Assembly (NCBI GenBank): GCA_963705105.1
Contig: CAVPIW010000006.1
Span: forward strand, 480,001-544,000
Length of the DNA stretch: 64,000 bases
From: an uncultured Nitrospiraceae bacterium
GTDB lineage: Bacteria; Nitrospirota; Thermodesulfovibrionia; Thermodesulfovibrionales; Dissulfurispiraceae
Reading direction: 5' to 3'
This document shows, in pieces, positions 41,338-50,235 of the stretch (its first letter is position 1; each line of letters begins with the position of its first letter). The position numbers and the translations under genes are program-made. Under the pieces are notes generated by a model. The model saw nothing but the letters and a program-made list of their open reading frames with translations, had not been told where the DNA came from and did no database searches.

Positions 41338-41405
41338 GCAGACCCCCGGTCGATTCGACGTTCAGAGCGCAGGATTCAGCGCTGTGAACCGTCGTTCATA
41401 CCTTC

Positions 41406-41460
41406 AGTCTACCGGAGCAGGCGGGATAAGACACGAAAAGAAACGTTTCAGAAATGTTTC
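41406..41460 (-). promoter_or_regulatory. Putative cas2-cas1 operon promoter with palindromic operator
   Basis: Operator 41440-41460, 5 bp gap, weak -35 GTGTCT, 17 bp, -10 TAGACT. Confidence 0.55.
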
Positions 41461-41607
41461 AAGGAAAGGGTGTAGCCGGGGGGAAGCTTTTCGGAATCGT
41501 GCCCTCCTTTTCCGGAGGGCCGATGCAACGATAGGGGCGAGTCACCAGAATCGATGGCGACCGGTAAAAGCAATTTGCAAGTCTGACCCCGGGGATGGGC
41601 CGTCTTT

Positions 41608-42855
41608 TTATTGCCCGATCTTGGGAAACGTGGGCGCGTCGGCGGATGAAAATATTTTTAGATCGAGGATGAAATCCCTGAGTTTTATGTAAGTCGTTTC
41701 CTTTGACGACTCAAAGCCGTGCGCCAGATAGGAGTGATTCCTCGACGATTGTATGTCCCGAAACCGACCTTCGCCGGCAGTGAAGATTTTCCCGGTCTCG
41801 TCGCCCAATTCGCCGAGCAGCCTGAAAGCCGCCGTCATGGGGAGTTTTATCTTGTTGTCATGAGCGCCCGTGTGGTTTTTCACGAACTCGTCGCGCAGGC
41901 TCTCGGGGATTTGATCCTTTCGCGCATTCGAGACGTCGATCGCGTATGAGTTCATGAGCTTCTCCTGCGCGACCATCTCCACCAGCCTGTACAGTCGCAA
42001 AACCGCGTCATCGACCTTTCCTTCTTCGAAACGTCGCTCGGCGTTCGAGAACATGTCCAATATGGAAAATACGGAGGGTTTTTTTGCCCTGGCGATAATT
42101 TCATTGAGAAAGGGCAATCTTTCCTGAGTGGCCCTGGCAAAGGCCTTCAAGGAACTGTCGTCGCTTTCCATGATCTCCTCGATCTTTGCACGGTCAAAAG
42201 CCTTTTGGGCATCCTTATGGCGGAAGAGATCCCAATTCTGATACCCGTCAATGAGAAAACTGATCTTCCTGAAGAGCGACTTGTATTTCGAGCTTTTTTC
42301 GAGCAACCCGTCGATCAGGTCGTTGGCGGCTTTGAACTGGTATTGATTGAAAAGAAGCGCAATTTTCTTCTTTTCCTCCACGGCGAGGAAGTCCCAGGGG
42401 TTTATGCTTTTGTAGACGATTTCGTGTCCGTCGACGACGACCCCGACACCGCTTTTGGTCCTCTCGCTGCCGCCGACATAAGAAAACGACACACCATGCG
42501 TAATCGCTGCCAGGGCCAGGGCGACAGACATGTTCTTCGTGCCGCCGGTGTAATCGACGATGACATTATCTCTTTCATACCCTCTTCTCATCACCCGCTG
42601 AACCGCCTCTTCCGCCTTCTCATGGCAGTGAAGCAAGTCGTTGACGTCGTCGGCGAGAGTGACCTCGCTTTTTATGGAAACGCCCTGGGCTTCCAGAGAT
42701 GACTTGATCTGTGCTATTAAGTCGCAGGTATCCTGTGATGCGAAAAATGAGACGAATTCGGGTCTATGTTCAAAGATCGACCGCTCGATCGGTTTCGTCG
42801 ATCCCCCGACAGTCACGACCATTGCTTTTGACACATTTTCCTCCGTTGTGACCAA
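41608..42855 (-). CDS. TIGR02710-like CARF-HEPN ancillary RNase (Csm6/Csx1-type)
   Basis: VTVGGS..P, VDYTGGTKNMS CARF motifs; RLYRLVE; HEPN RNHSYLAHG. Confidence 0.88.
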   Translation of the reverse strand: MVTTEENVSKAMVVTVGGSTKPIERSIFEHRPEFVSFFASQDTCDLIAQIKSSLEAQGVSIKSEVTLADDVNDLLHCHEKAEEAVQRVMRRGYERDNVIVDYTGGTKNMSVALALAAITHGVSFSYVGGSERTKSGVGVVVDGHEIVYKSINPWDFLAVEEKKKIALLFNQYQFKAANDLIDGLLEKSSKYKSLFRKISFLIDGYQNWDLFRHKDAQKAFDRAKIEEIMESDDSSLKAFARATQERLPFLNEIIARAKKPSVFSILDMFSNAERRFEEGKVDDAVLRLYRLVEMVAQEKLMNSYAIDVSNARKDQIPESLRDEFVKNHTGAHDNKIKLPMTAAFRLLGELGDETGKIFTAGEGRFRDIQSSRNHSYLAHGFESSKETTYIKLRDFILDLKIFSSADAPTFPKIGQ

Positions 42856-42936
42856 TTTTATCCCTTATGCAAAACGAAAAGCTTCCCTTGCACGGCAAGA
42901 CATAACCGGGGCCAGTCCTGCTATTGTCGTGGGCGG

Positions 42937-43598
42937 GTCTCAATCCCTTCTACGTGAGGTCTTTTTTCCTACCCTCGCCTACGACAATCAGGAATTCATG
43001 ACGTGGGGTCTCAATCCCTTCTATTTGAGGTCTTTTTTCCTACCAATACCTGTCAGGAGAAGTTTATGAAGGGCGGTCTCAATCCCTTCTATTTGAGGTC
43101 TTTTTTCCTACTTAGTCAGTACTGAGCAAAAGCCCGTCAGGAAAGTCTCAATCCCTTCTATTTGAGGTCTTTTTTCCTACAGCTCCGACAGGCCGCCCGT
43201 GCTCCCGAGGCCCGTCTCAATCCCTTCTATTTGAGGTCTTTTTTCCTACTAAATCCCGAAACGGAATGAGGAGGTTTTAACGAGTCTCAATCCCTTCTAT
43301 TTGAGGTCTTTTTTCCTACTGGACGTCCTCTCAAGCTCAGTCCATGAGTACGTCTCAATCCCTTCTATTTGAGGTCTTTTTTCCTACAGAATCGCCGCCA
43401 GAATAGTTGCAGACCTCTGCGCGTCTCAATCCCTTCTATTTGAGGTCTTTTTTCCTACAGCAAAGTACGACGACAGGATTCGGTTAGGTATCGTCTCAAT
43501 CCCTTCTATTTGAGGTCTTTTTTCCTACAGGCTTACGAGATGGTGTCAGACTGGCGTGCGTCGTCTCAATCCCTTCTATTTGAGGTCTTTTTTCCTAC
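42937..43598 (-). CRISPR. CRISPR array 2: 10 repeats (trailer copy degenerate), 9 spacers
   Basis: Repeat (minus) GTAGGAAAAAAGACCTCAAATAGAAGGGATTGAGAC; the leftmost copy has 2 substitutions, consistent with minus orientation. Confidence 0.99.
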
Positions 43599-43736
43599 CG
43601 TCCCCCCATAAAATATGGCTGCATTTCAAAGGGTTCCAGAGGCCCTTTTGCAGACTTTTTCGCCTTGAGGCACTTACTGAAACAATATTTCTGAAATGTT
43701 TCATATCGTGCATCAATAACCAGCGTTGTCAAAGAG
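43599..43736 (-). promoter_or_regulatory. Leader of array 2 with degenerate IHF-like site and operator (43682-43702)
   Basis: Shares CGTCCCCCC, CTTTTGCAGACTT and ACTTACTGAA with leader 1 at the same offsets, plus a distal CAGCGTTRTCAAAGA. Confidence 0.7.
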
Positions 43737-43791
43737 CGGAGCGGGTGATCAACTGTTCCTGATCGACTCAAGATACCTCTGAATATTCACG

Positions 43792-44040
43792 TCAATCCGG
43801 CGAATGGTCGAAGATCACCACATCGCCGGTCACCGGCGAGCGGTAGACCAGCTTTCGCGCCTTGCCGTGCAGGGCGTGGGCAATCTTCAGATAGAGCCAC
43901 ACCGGCCCCGCGCCGGTGAGAACGACGTCATTCCCCTCGTCGGCGAGTTCCCGCGCCCGGAGGACGTAGGTGTCGAGATCCCGAAGCTTGGCGGAGGTCG
44001 AGTAAAGGGATTTGACGTCGATCATCACTTCATCAGCCAT
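43792..44040 (-). CDS. csx3: Csx3/Crn3-like ring nuclease
   Basis: VVLTGAGPVWLYLKIAHALHG...SPVTGDVVI..H motif; locus context. Confidence 0.75.
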   Translation of the reverse strand: MADEVMIDVKSLYSTSAKLRDLDTYVLRARELADEGNDVVLTGAGPVWLYLKIAHALHGKARKLVYRSPVTGDVVIFDHSPD

Positions 44041-44043
44041 TCT

Positions 44044-45213
44044 TCAGGACCTCTCGCTGGGCTCGCTCAACATCTTCGATACTATCGCGCCGAATGCCGC
44101 CACCTTCGACGGCGGTATGACCTCCGTGTTGAATTGCTCGGCCCGGGCTCGCACGGATTCCTTCATCTGACCGTCTTTCAATATATACGGAGATGTTGTG
44201 ACGAGGATACTTCTGACGCGCAGACCAAATTCTTTCTGGAGAGCACCTATTTTGTAAAGCACTTCCGTTTTCCTGTCATCATGCTGATCAAGAGATTTGC
44301 ACTCAATGAAATAAAGCGCGTTTTCCTTTGTAAACATAACATCGAATTCGTTGTCCCGACCCTTGGCGTTCATCAGTTGCACACCCAGGACGACATCGTC
44401 CACGCTTTGACCGAGAACGGCCGTTATTTCGTTGAAACAGTATTCCTCCAACCAGCCGCCGGTCAAATATCTGATCTCAGAACGATTGAACGTTTTTGAA
44501 ACCACACCATTGCTGTTATCGTAAGACGCTCCCACTCTCGCGATGAATTCATTCTCCTCGCGGGATGCGCCCAGAAAAGGAGCATTCACGAAGTATTGCT
44601 TATCGTCCCTATGAGACCTAAGGACGCCGCTCATCCATACAAGGAGATTTTTTATCTTCTCATACTTCAGCACTATCCAATCTGTGAACTCCCTTCGCTG
44701 AATAGCGTCATCTTTGTAACCTTTTAACTTTTTCTCGTTCATGACGTTCAGACCATAGCTCGTCAGATAATCCACGACACTCAGCCTGAGAGCAAGACTT
44801 GTCGGTTTACTGGGGCTCTTCTTCGGAAAGGGTACAATGAATTCATTCTTTGGTAAGGGTATATAAATCATCCTGCTGCTGTAGTCCTTGAAATATTCAT
44901 ATGCTGCAATCGACATGATCTTGGTCCCACAGGTTAGATTCACTGTAAATTCAGCATCTTCCCAACCTTCGATCCATGCGTCGATTTTGCGGTGACAGTC
45001 AAGTATGGAGTCCTCTTGCACCGTTATCTTGTCATGTCTTTTTTCATAATGGAGACCCAGCCGGTGCAGTGTTTCTATGATGCTCTGAGATTTCCCCCTA
45101 CCCTCCATATCATTTGTTGTGACAAAAAGCAGCCTGTCAGGCTTGAAATGGTGAACACCAAGGATGTTCGGTATTGTCTGATCCGAAACCAGACAGACAT
45201 GGATTTGGGTCAT
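44044..45213 (-). CDS. Card1/Can2-like CARF + PD-(D/E)xK nuclease (DUF1887)
   Basis: HVCLVSDQTIPN, VNLTCGTKIMS, GGWLEEY, NEFDV..IECKS. Confidence 0.88.
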   Translation of the reverse strand: MTQIHVCLVSDQTIPNILGVHHFKPDRLLFVTTNDMEGRGKSQSIIETLHRLGLHYEKRHDKITVQEDSILDCHRKIDAWIEGWEDAEFTVNLTCGTKIMSIAAYEYFKDYSSRMIYIPLPKNEFIVPFPKKSPSKPTSLALRLSVVDYLTSYGLNVMNEKKLKGYKDDAIQRREFTDWIVLKYEKIKNLLVWMSGVLRSHRDDKQYFVNAPFLGASREENEFIARVGASYDNSNGVVSKTFNRSEIRYLTGGWLEEYCFNEITAVLGQSVDDVVLGVQLMNAKGRDNEFDVMFTKENALYFIECKSLDQHDDRKTEVLYKIGALQKEFGLRVRSILVTTSPYILKDGQMKESVRARAEQFNTEVIPPSKVAAFGAIVSKMLSEPSERS

Positions 45214-45229
45214 ATTTTCATCTCCCTTG

Positions 45230-45625
45230 CTACATCCTCAGATGCTGCCTTACGGCGTTCAGGAAGTGCCTTGCCTTGTCCACTATCGCTTTTGCCTTAG
45301 CCGTGTCAACCTGCTCAAAAGTCCTGTAGTCAGAGACCTGACGAATTTCAAAGGCCTTGTGAAAGTCCCGGGAAAGGTCTCTCGAAAGAATCCCTGACCG
45401 CACGAATTCAGCATCGAAAAGGCTGATCACTCCTGTGTGTTTCGACGGAACTCTGCCGACCGTCTGCAGGAGGGCGAGCGCCGCATAGAACATCGTGTAA
45501 TACGCTCTATTGACAATGCCTTGCGGGCTGCGTCCGCCCTGCAACAAAAACTCTGCATCCTCGAGCGCGGTCTGCGCCTGCTCGATGCGGTGCCGCACGA
45601 GAATGGAGACGTCGTCTTCTCTCAC
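45230..45625 (-). CDS. HEPN-domain protein (UPF0332)
   Basis: NRAYYTMFYAALALL...KHTGVISLF...RQVSDY. Confidence 0.9.
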   Translation of the reverse strand: MREDDVSILVRHRIEQAQTALEDAEFLLQGGRSPQGIVNRAYYTMFYAALALLQTVGRVPSKHTGVISLFDAEFVRSGILSRDLSRDFHKAFEIRQVSDYRTFEQVDTAKAKAIVDKARHFLNAVRQHLRM

Positions 45626-45945
45626 AGGAGCACTCCCTGCTGTTCCACTGCCTGGGCAAGCAAAGATGATCGTTCAGGAGTGTCTTCCCACTCTCTTCTT
45701 CTGAAGATAACAGGCACGATAACAATCCCGGCATCGAATCCCGACTCCCAGGCGAGCTCGCTCACAATGTCCACATCCCGATCGGTTGCGGAATCGTCGA
45801 GAATGACGACCACATCCATATCCGACAGCGGACCCGCTTCGCCTCTGGCCCTTGATCCGAAGAGAATCAGCCTGACAGGACCGACCTCCTTCTCGATCGA
45901 CGATTTCAGTCTTCCCAATACTTCCCTGTCTCTTGCTTCCATCAT
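45622..45945 (-). CDS. Minimal nucleotidyltransferase (MNT)
   Basis: LFGSRARGEAGPLSDMDVVV; overlaps the HEPN gene. Confidence 0.9.
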   Translation of the reverse strand: MMEARDREVLGRLKSSIEKEVGPVRLILFGSRARGEAGPLSDMDVVVILDDSATDRDVDIVSELAWESGFDAGIVIVPVIFRRREWEDTPERSSLLAQAVEQQGVLL

Positions 45946-46117
45946 GCCTCCGTCACATCTGCCAGTGATCCCCTGCACGATTTGTCATACTTAGTCTATA
46001 CCAAATGACCGTCAACTGCCGACTCCCTTCTGTACCGGATGCTTTCGCTTTCATGAAGCACCCAGTGACTCACCTCACCGAGCCTCTGCGCAGCCGGCTC
46101 CACGAGATGTACGCCCT

Positions 46118-46342
46118 TCACAGTTTCATCTCCTTTTCGATCATCGGAACAAAGGGCTTCGGCTCATGGTCGATGAATTCATTGAAGTGATTAAGAAACT
46201 CGATGTAGGCGTCCGCATCGACCACGCCGTCTATTACGAAGGCGTTTGCCCAGCCTGCCCTGAGTGTATCCATGTCTTTTCTGAAGTTATCAGAGCCGGC
46301 CAGGTCGAGAAGTTCCTTTTCGGCGGCGCGGGAAAGGTTCAT
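46118..46342 (-). CDS. Small hypothetical protein, probable partner of a nucleotidyltransferase toxin
   Basis: 74-aa ORF MNLSRAAEKELLDLA...FNEFIDHEPKPF with host-like codon usage; family link recalled, not verified. Confidence 0.55.
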   Translation of the reverse strand: MNLSRAAEKELLDLAGSDNFRKDMDTLRAGWANAFVIDGVVDADAYIEFLNHFNEFIDHEPKPFVPMIEKEMKL

Positions 46343-46475
46343 TTCTCTTGGTCTCCGTCTACCAGACAGTGCTACCATGGTCACACAGGGGTTGTAAATC
46401 CCCACGACCGAGCCGGACCTGCTGTTCTTCAAGGGAGGCTGGGAATTTATCAAGAACGATCCTGAACTCCATCGT

Positions 46476-48221
46476 TCACTCCTTCAGGAATGCCATGATG
46501 TCCAGCACTCTCTTGACCGACTTGTCTTTCTTGGCCTTTGCAGGATCAGGATTGTCGATCCACCCTCCTTCTTCAATCATCATATCTTTAATCCGGCCAG
46601 CCACCTTCCTGGCATCCTCCTCACCCCAACGTCCCTCCTTGAGTGCGTTGAACAGGGCGATGCTGGGTTTGAGGTTGGGATCTTTACGCCCGGCCACAAC
46701 GTCCTCTATCATTCGATCGAGCGGGGAAAGCTTTGCAAGCCTTTCCTCCTCAATCTTCTTGCGGGCCTCCTCTTCTTGTTCTTTCCGCTGCTTCTCGGCC
46801 GCAGCCGCCATCTGACGAGCAAGTTCGGCTCTCTCTTTCTCCTCCTCAGCCTGTCTCTGCGCGTCTACTTGCGCACGAGCGAGAGCCAACTTATCCTGCA
46901 TCTCCTTAAGCCTGACAGCAACCGCAGAGGCTTCGGTGAGATATGGTTCGCAAATATCACTTAATTCCTTCCATTCGTTCGGGTGAGCGAACATCGGATA
47001 GACTTCGACCAGCAGCCAACCGAAGGGCAACAAATTACTTGTCTGATCCAATTCTTGAGCAGCAAGCCAGAAAGTGCGAGCGGCCTTCTCCGATGTGAAT
47101 CGCTGTTTCTTTGTTGCCTGGTCCCTATCAAGCATGATCCTGATACTTCGGACTCCATTCAGCGTGACCGACTCAGCGCCGGAATGACGTCCGACACGGA
47201 GGAGGAATATTTCTCCGCGTTCCATGCGCTCTTTGCAGCTATTCAGAAGCATCTGTGTTGACTTTTCCCAGGTTATATCGAGGTATCCGCGCTCTATCAT
47301 AAGCTGATTCTCTGCTTCGAGTATAGGCTCATAGAAAGTATTGCATGCGTGGGCAATGTCGGTGATGTCGAAGCGAAGTTCTTTTGCGGGAATATTCTTG
47401 CTATAATGCTTATCGAGGTCGGTCATGCACTGGATATTGATCTGGTTGGTAAATGCTCTATAGCGCCAGCCAGGAATGCATTCGAGTATTTGATAGAGGT
47501 CTCTGCTTTCGGCCTGAGACTTTCTGAGGTTACCTTGCTGGTCTTTGACCGGTGCCTTCTTACGGTTGATAGCCAGATACACCTGTGCGGCTGGGATATC
47601 CCTCTCACCTGACCAAACGGCATCGGACACATGGATAAGCCGCATGGGATCCTTCTCCAGAAACAACTTCCTCTTATCGGGATCACGATACCTAAAAAGA
47701 CCGCCCTGAAATTCATGTAGTCCCTTCTTGTCCTGAGTCAGTGCACCAGCATTTACCCTATCTAATAGAGCAGTTCGCATTGCACCCTTCATGGATGAAC
47801 CATACAAAAGCGGCAGGCGGGTAATGGAATCAAATCCCGTCCGATCAATTTCCAGCCGGTTAATGACCTTCTTACCCCCTGATTCGAGATTGGCAGTCTG
47901 ACCGATACGATTCTTATAAAGATTCGCAACACCTGACAGAACAGGAATCCTCTGAACCGAATGGCTCATCAACAACGCACGCCGATCAAAGAAAAAGCGT
48001 TGCACAGCAAGTACCATAGTCGGACCCGGCGTTCCGCTTGTAATGTTTTGCAGTTGCGCACGATCTGTCCTCGTAAGCACCTGCATGACTGTGCCAGTAT
48101 CAAACTCGTACAGCACACCCTCATCGATAACGTAGTTTGTCGGCTCATAGCTCTCGCCAGTGCCGATATGAATGGGCGAAAGGGGCGTAATTGACAATCT
48201 ATAAGAAGTAAGAGCTTTCAT
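46476..48221 (-). CDS. csm5: Type III-A RAMP Csm5 with C-terminal coiled-coil extension
   Basis: LSPIHIGTGE, GSSMKGAMRTA, LRVGRHSG, PFGW. Confidence 0.92.
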   Translation of the reverse strand: MKALTSYRLSITPLSPIHIGTGESYEPTNYVIDEGVLYEFDTGTVMQVLTRTDRAQLQNITSGTPGPTMVLAVQRFFFDRRALLMSHSVQRIPVLSGVANLYKNRIGQTANLESGGKKVINRLEIDRTGFDSITRLPLLYGSSMKGAMRTALLDRVNAGALTQDKKGLHEFQGGLFRYRDPDKRKLFLEKDPMRLIHVSDAVWSGERDIPAAQVYLAINRKKAPVKDQQGNLRKSQAESRDLYQILECIPGWRYRAFTNQINIQCMTDLDKHYSKNIPAKELRFDITDIAHACNTFYEPILEAENQLMIERGYLDITWEKSTQMLLNSCKERMERGEIFLLRVGRHSGAESVTLNGVRSIRIMLDRDQATKKQRFTSEKAARTFWLAAQELDQTSNLLPFGWLLVEVYPMFAHPNEWKELSDICEPYLTEASAVAVRLKEMQDKLALARAQVDAQRQAEEEKERAELARQMAAAAEKQRKEQEEEARKKIEEERLAKLSPLDRMIEDVVAGRKDPNLKPSIALFNALKEGRWGEEDARKVAGRIKDMMIEEGGWIDNPDPAKAKKDKSVKRVLDIMAFLKE

Positions 48222-49195
48222 CGCTGCTCCTCCTGTTGAGGCAGCCTTATTGCCACTACCGGCGCATAACCTTGATGGACAGTTTCCCGGATAGACGCAG
48301 AAAGACTTCCATTCGAGCCGAGACCTTGCCCGATTACATGTCTATTTTCGAATTTAGCGGGGGTTAAGACTGCACCGGTGTCAGCAAGCAGTATGGGCGT
48401 TTTGAAGGGGTTGTCAGTAAGCACGCCGACATCACCATGTCGACCAAAGCGCGTGAATGGCTGGTAAAAACACCGAGATTCATCCCAATCCAGCCCCTGT
48501 GGTGCACAGGGTGATAGTGTTATCCATGCGTTCGAGTCGTCCTGGTCAGGAAGTCTGAACTCATCCAGCGCAATCAGCTCAAACTTACCCAGTCCGATGC
48601 TGGCATCCCTACCATATCCTATTTGGCCGATAGTGGTGAGCAAATATCTCAAATCATCCTGCATCAGGCGTTCTTCATCAAGGATGACATATAAATCGAG
48701 AAGCATCGAACCCTGCTCTTGTCTCTGAGCATTTTTGGCTCCGTACCACAGCTGCAGCATAGAATAAGGTGCGAACTCTCCCACGCCGGTTCTACCAGTT
48801 TCACGATTCAATGTGTTGTGGGGTTGAGGATGTTCCTCTGGCACTGCACCATTTAAAGCGCTGGATGGTTCAGAATACCTAAGCCATTCTGCCACAGGTT
48901 CCTCGAAGTGCGCCAAAGGCATCCAGACCCGTTTCTTGATAGACTTCAGATCATCGTGCTCATTTCCCACGAACCAATGAGTAGGCAGACTGGGCCTTGG
49001 TAGGTAATCAGCCGGAAACGCGTCCGAGATTACGGCATAGGGACGACCGGCAATGTAACCATCAAGGAGTAAGGTAAGCCGATCTATACCATATATGTTC
49101 CGAGCCGCCCAGCATAATTGACCAAACAGCGTATCGCCCTTGAGCGGCGTGCCAAAGGCGGATTTGGGGCTAATTCGTGCACGATATGAACGCAT
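48218..49195 (-). CDS. csm4: Type III-A RAMP Csm4
   Basis: GDTLFGQLCW, ISDAFP, HNTLNR, GYGRDASIGLGKF. Confidence 0.92.
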   Translation of the reverse strand: MRSYRARISPKSAFGTPLKGDTLFGQLCWAARNIYGIDRLTLLLDGYIAGRPYAVISDAFPADYLPRPSLPTHWFVGNEHDDLKSIKKRVWMPLAHFEEPVAEWLRYSEPSSALNGAVPEEHPQPHNTLNRETGRTGVGEFAPYSMLQLWYGAKNAQRQEQGSMLLDLYVILDEERLMQDDLRYLLTTIGQIGYGRDASIGLGKFELIALDEFRLPDQDDSNAWITLSPCAPQGLDWDESRCFYQPFTRFGRHGDVGVLTDNPFKTPILLADTGAVLTPAKFENRHVIGQGLGSNGSLSASIRETVHQGYAPVVAIRLPQQEEQR

Positions 49196-49205
49196 AGTTA
49201 TGGCC

Positions 49206-49931
49206 TCACGTTTTCTGTTCGGATGAAATACTCACGGCCTCAATTTTCGGCAAAACATCTATGCCGTCCAAGGAAAGTCCTGTGAACCTGATCTTGCCAT
49301 AACCACGGGATCCAGACCCACCCAATCCGGTAAGTTCCAATAGCTTCAGGCCACGCCAGACTGTTGGCAACAGATCTTCGTCGTCATGTTGCCGAATGGT
49401 GAGATTGAACTCGAACCGAGCGCCAGCCGGCACTCGTTCCGTGTTTCGAGGATGCTCGGCAACACCCCGGATGCGGTCAATCATGTTTTCCATCTTTGTT
49501 TCGGTGAGCAGAAGGTTGCGGCGATTCATCTCATCAACCCAACGTCTATCCAACGGACAATCCCAGAAGGCCAGCCGAGTCGGGCCAATTTCTTTCACCA
49601 GTGCATCACTGGCACCATCACCCTCCGGGGCTCCACCAAAGAGCCTCAAGATGTCTCTTGCCTCTTTGACATTTGTCGAAATATCTTTAATATGCTTGAA
49701 CCCCAGGGGCACGCCACCAGTTATACCAACCAGCCCAAGCTCCCACTCCAGGAGGCTTCTCATCTTTCCTTTGATGCTGGAACCCGGAATATACGGTTCC
49801 AAGGTAACTGGATGTTTGATCACTGGATTATCTGTCCCCCCAATATGCATTTCATTATTGCCGCTGCCGATGTGCAATCCAGTCACTATCTCGATAGTGC
49901 CGGTAATTTTTTTGATGGCAGAGAGTTTCAT
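49206..49931 (-). CDS. csm3: Type III-A RAMP Csm3
   Basis: TGLHIG..IGGTDNPV (catalytic D), PYIPGSSIKGKMRSLLE, LGGSGSRGYG. Confidence 0.96.
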   Translation of the reverse strand: MKLSAIKKITGTIEIVTGLHIGSGNNEMHIGGTDNPVIKHPVTLEPYIPGSSIKGKMRSLLEWELGLVGITGGVPLGFKHIKDISTNVKEARDILRLFGGAPEGDGASDALVKEIGPTRLAFWDCPLDRRWVDEMNRRNLLLTETKMENMIDRIRGVAEHPRNTERVPAGARFEFNLTIRQHDDEDLLPTVWRGLKLLELTGLGGSGSRGYGKIRFTGLSLDGIDVLPKIEAVSISSEQKT

Positions 49932-50235
49932 ATCTTGGCCTCCTTTAATCTTGGCGTTCCTGCTTGTAGAAACCTATGAACGCTTCCCAAAAAAGCTTGC
50001 ATGTCGTTAGAGTCTCAGGACTGATTACCTCTTGCAGGGTGTGCGAGAAAAGAGACACGAACGTCTTATCAACAAGTTTGCGACCTTCTGCATAGGCTAT
50101 CTTCGCATTCAGCATGCGGATAAATGGCAGAAACTCGTTAAATTTTTCTGGCTGTTGGTTGACCCTTGTTTCCCAGAGCATGAGCTCGTCATAGAAGCGT
50201 CTAAGTTGAGTTGTCTTGTTACGATTGTGATCTGC

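Noticed and set aside
41376..41399. Short minus-strand ORF MNDGSQR after the putative cas2 promoter
   Set aside because: Seven codons with no supporting evidence; could be chance.
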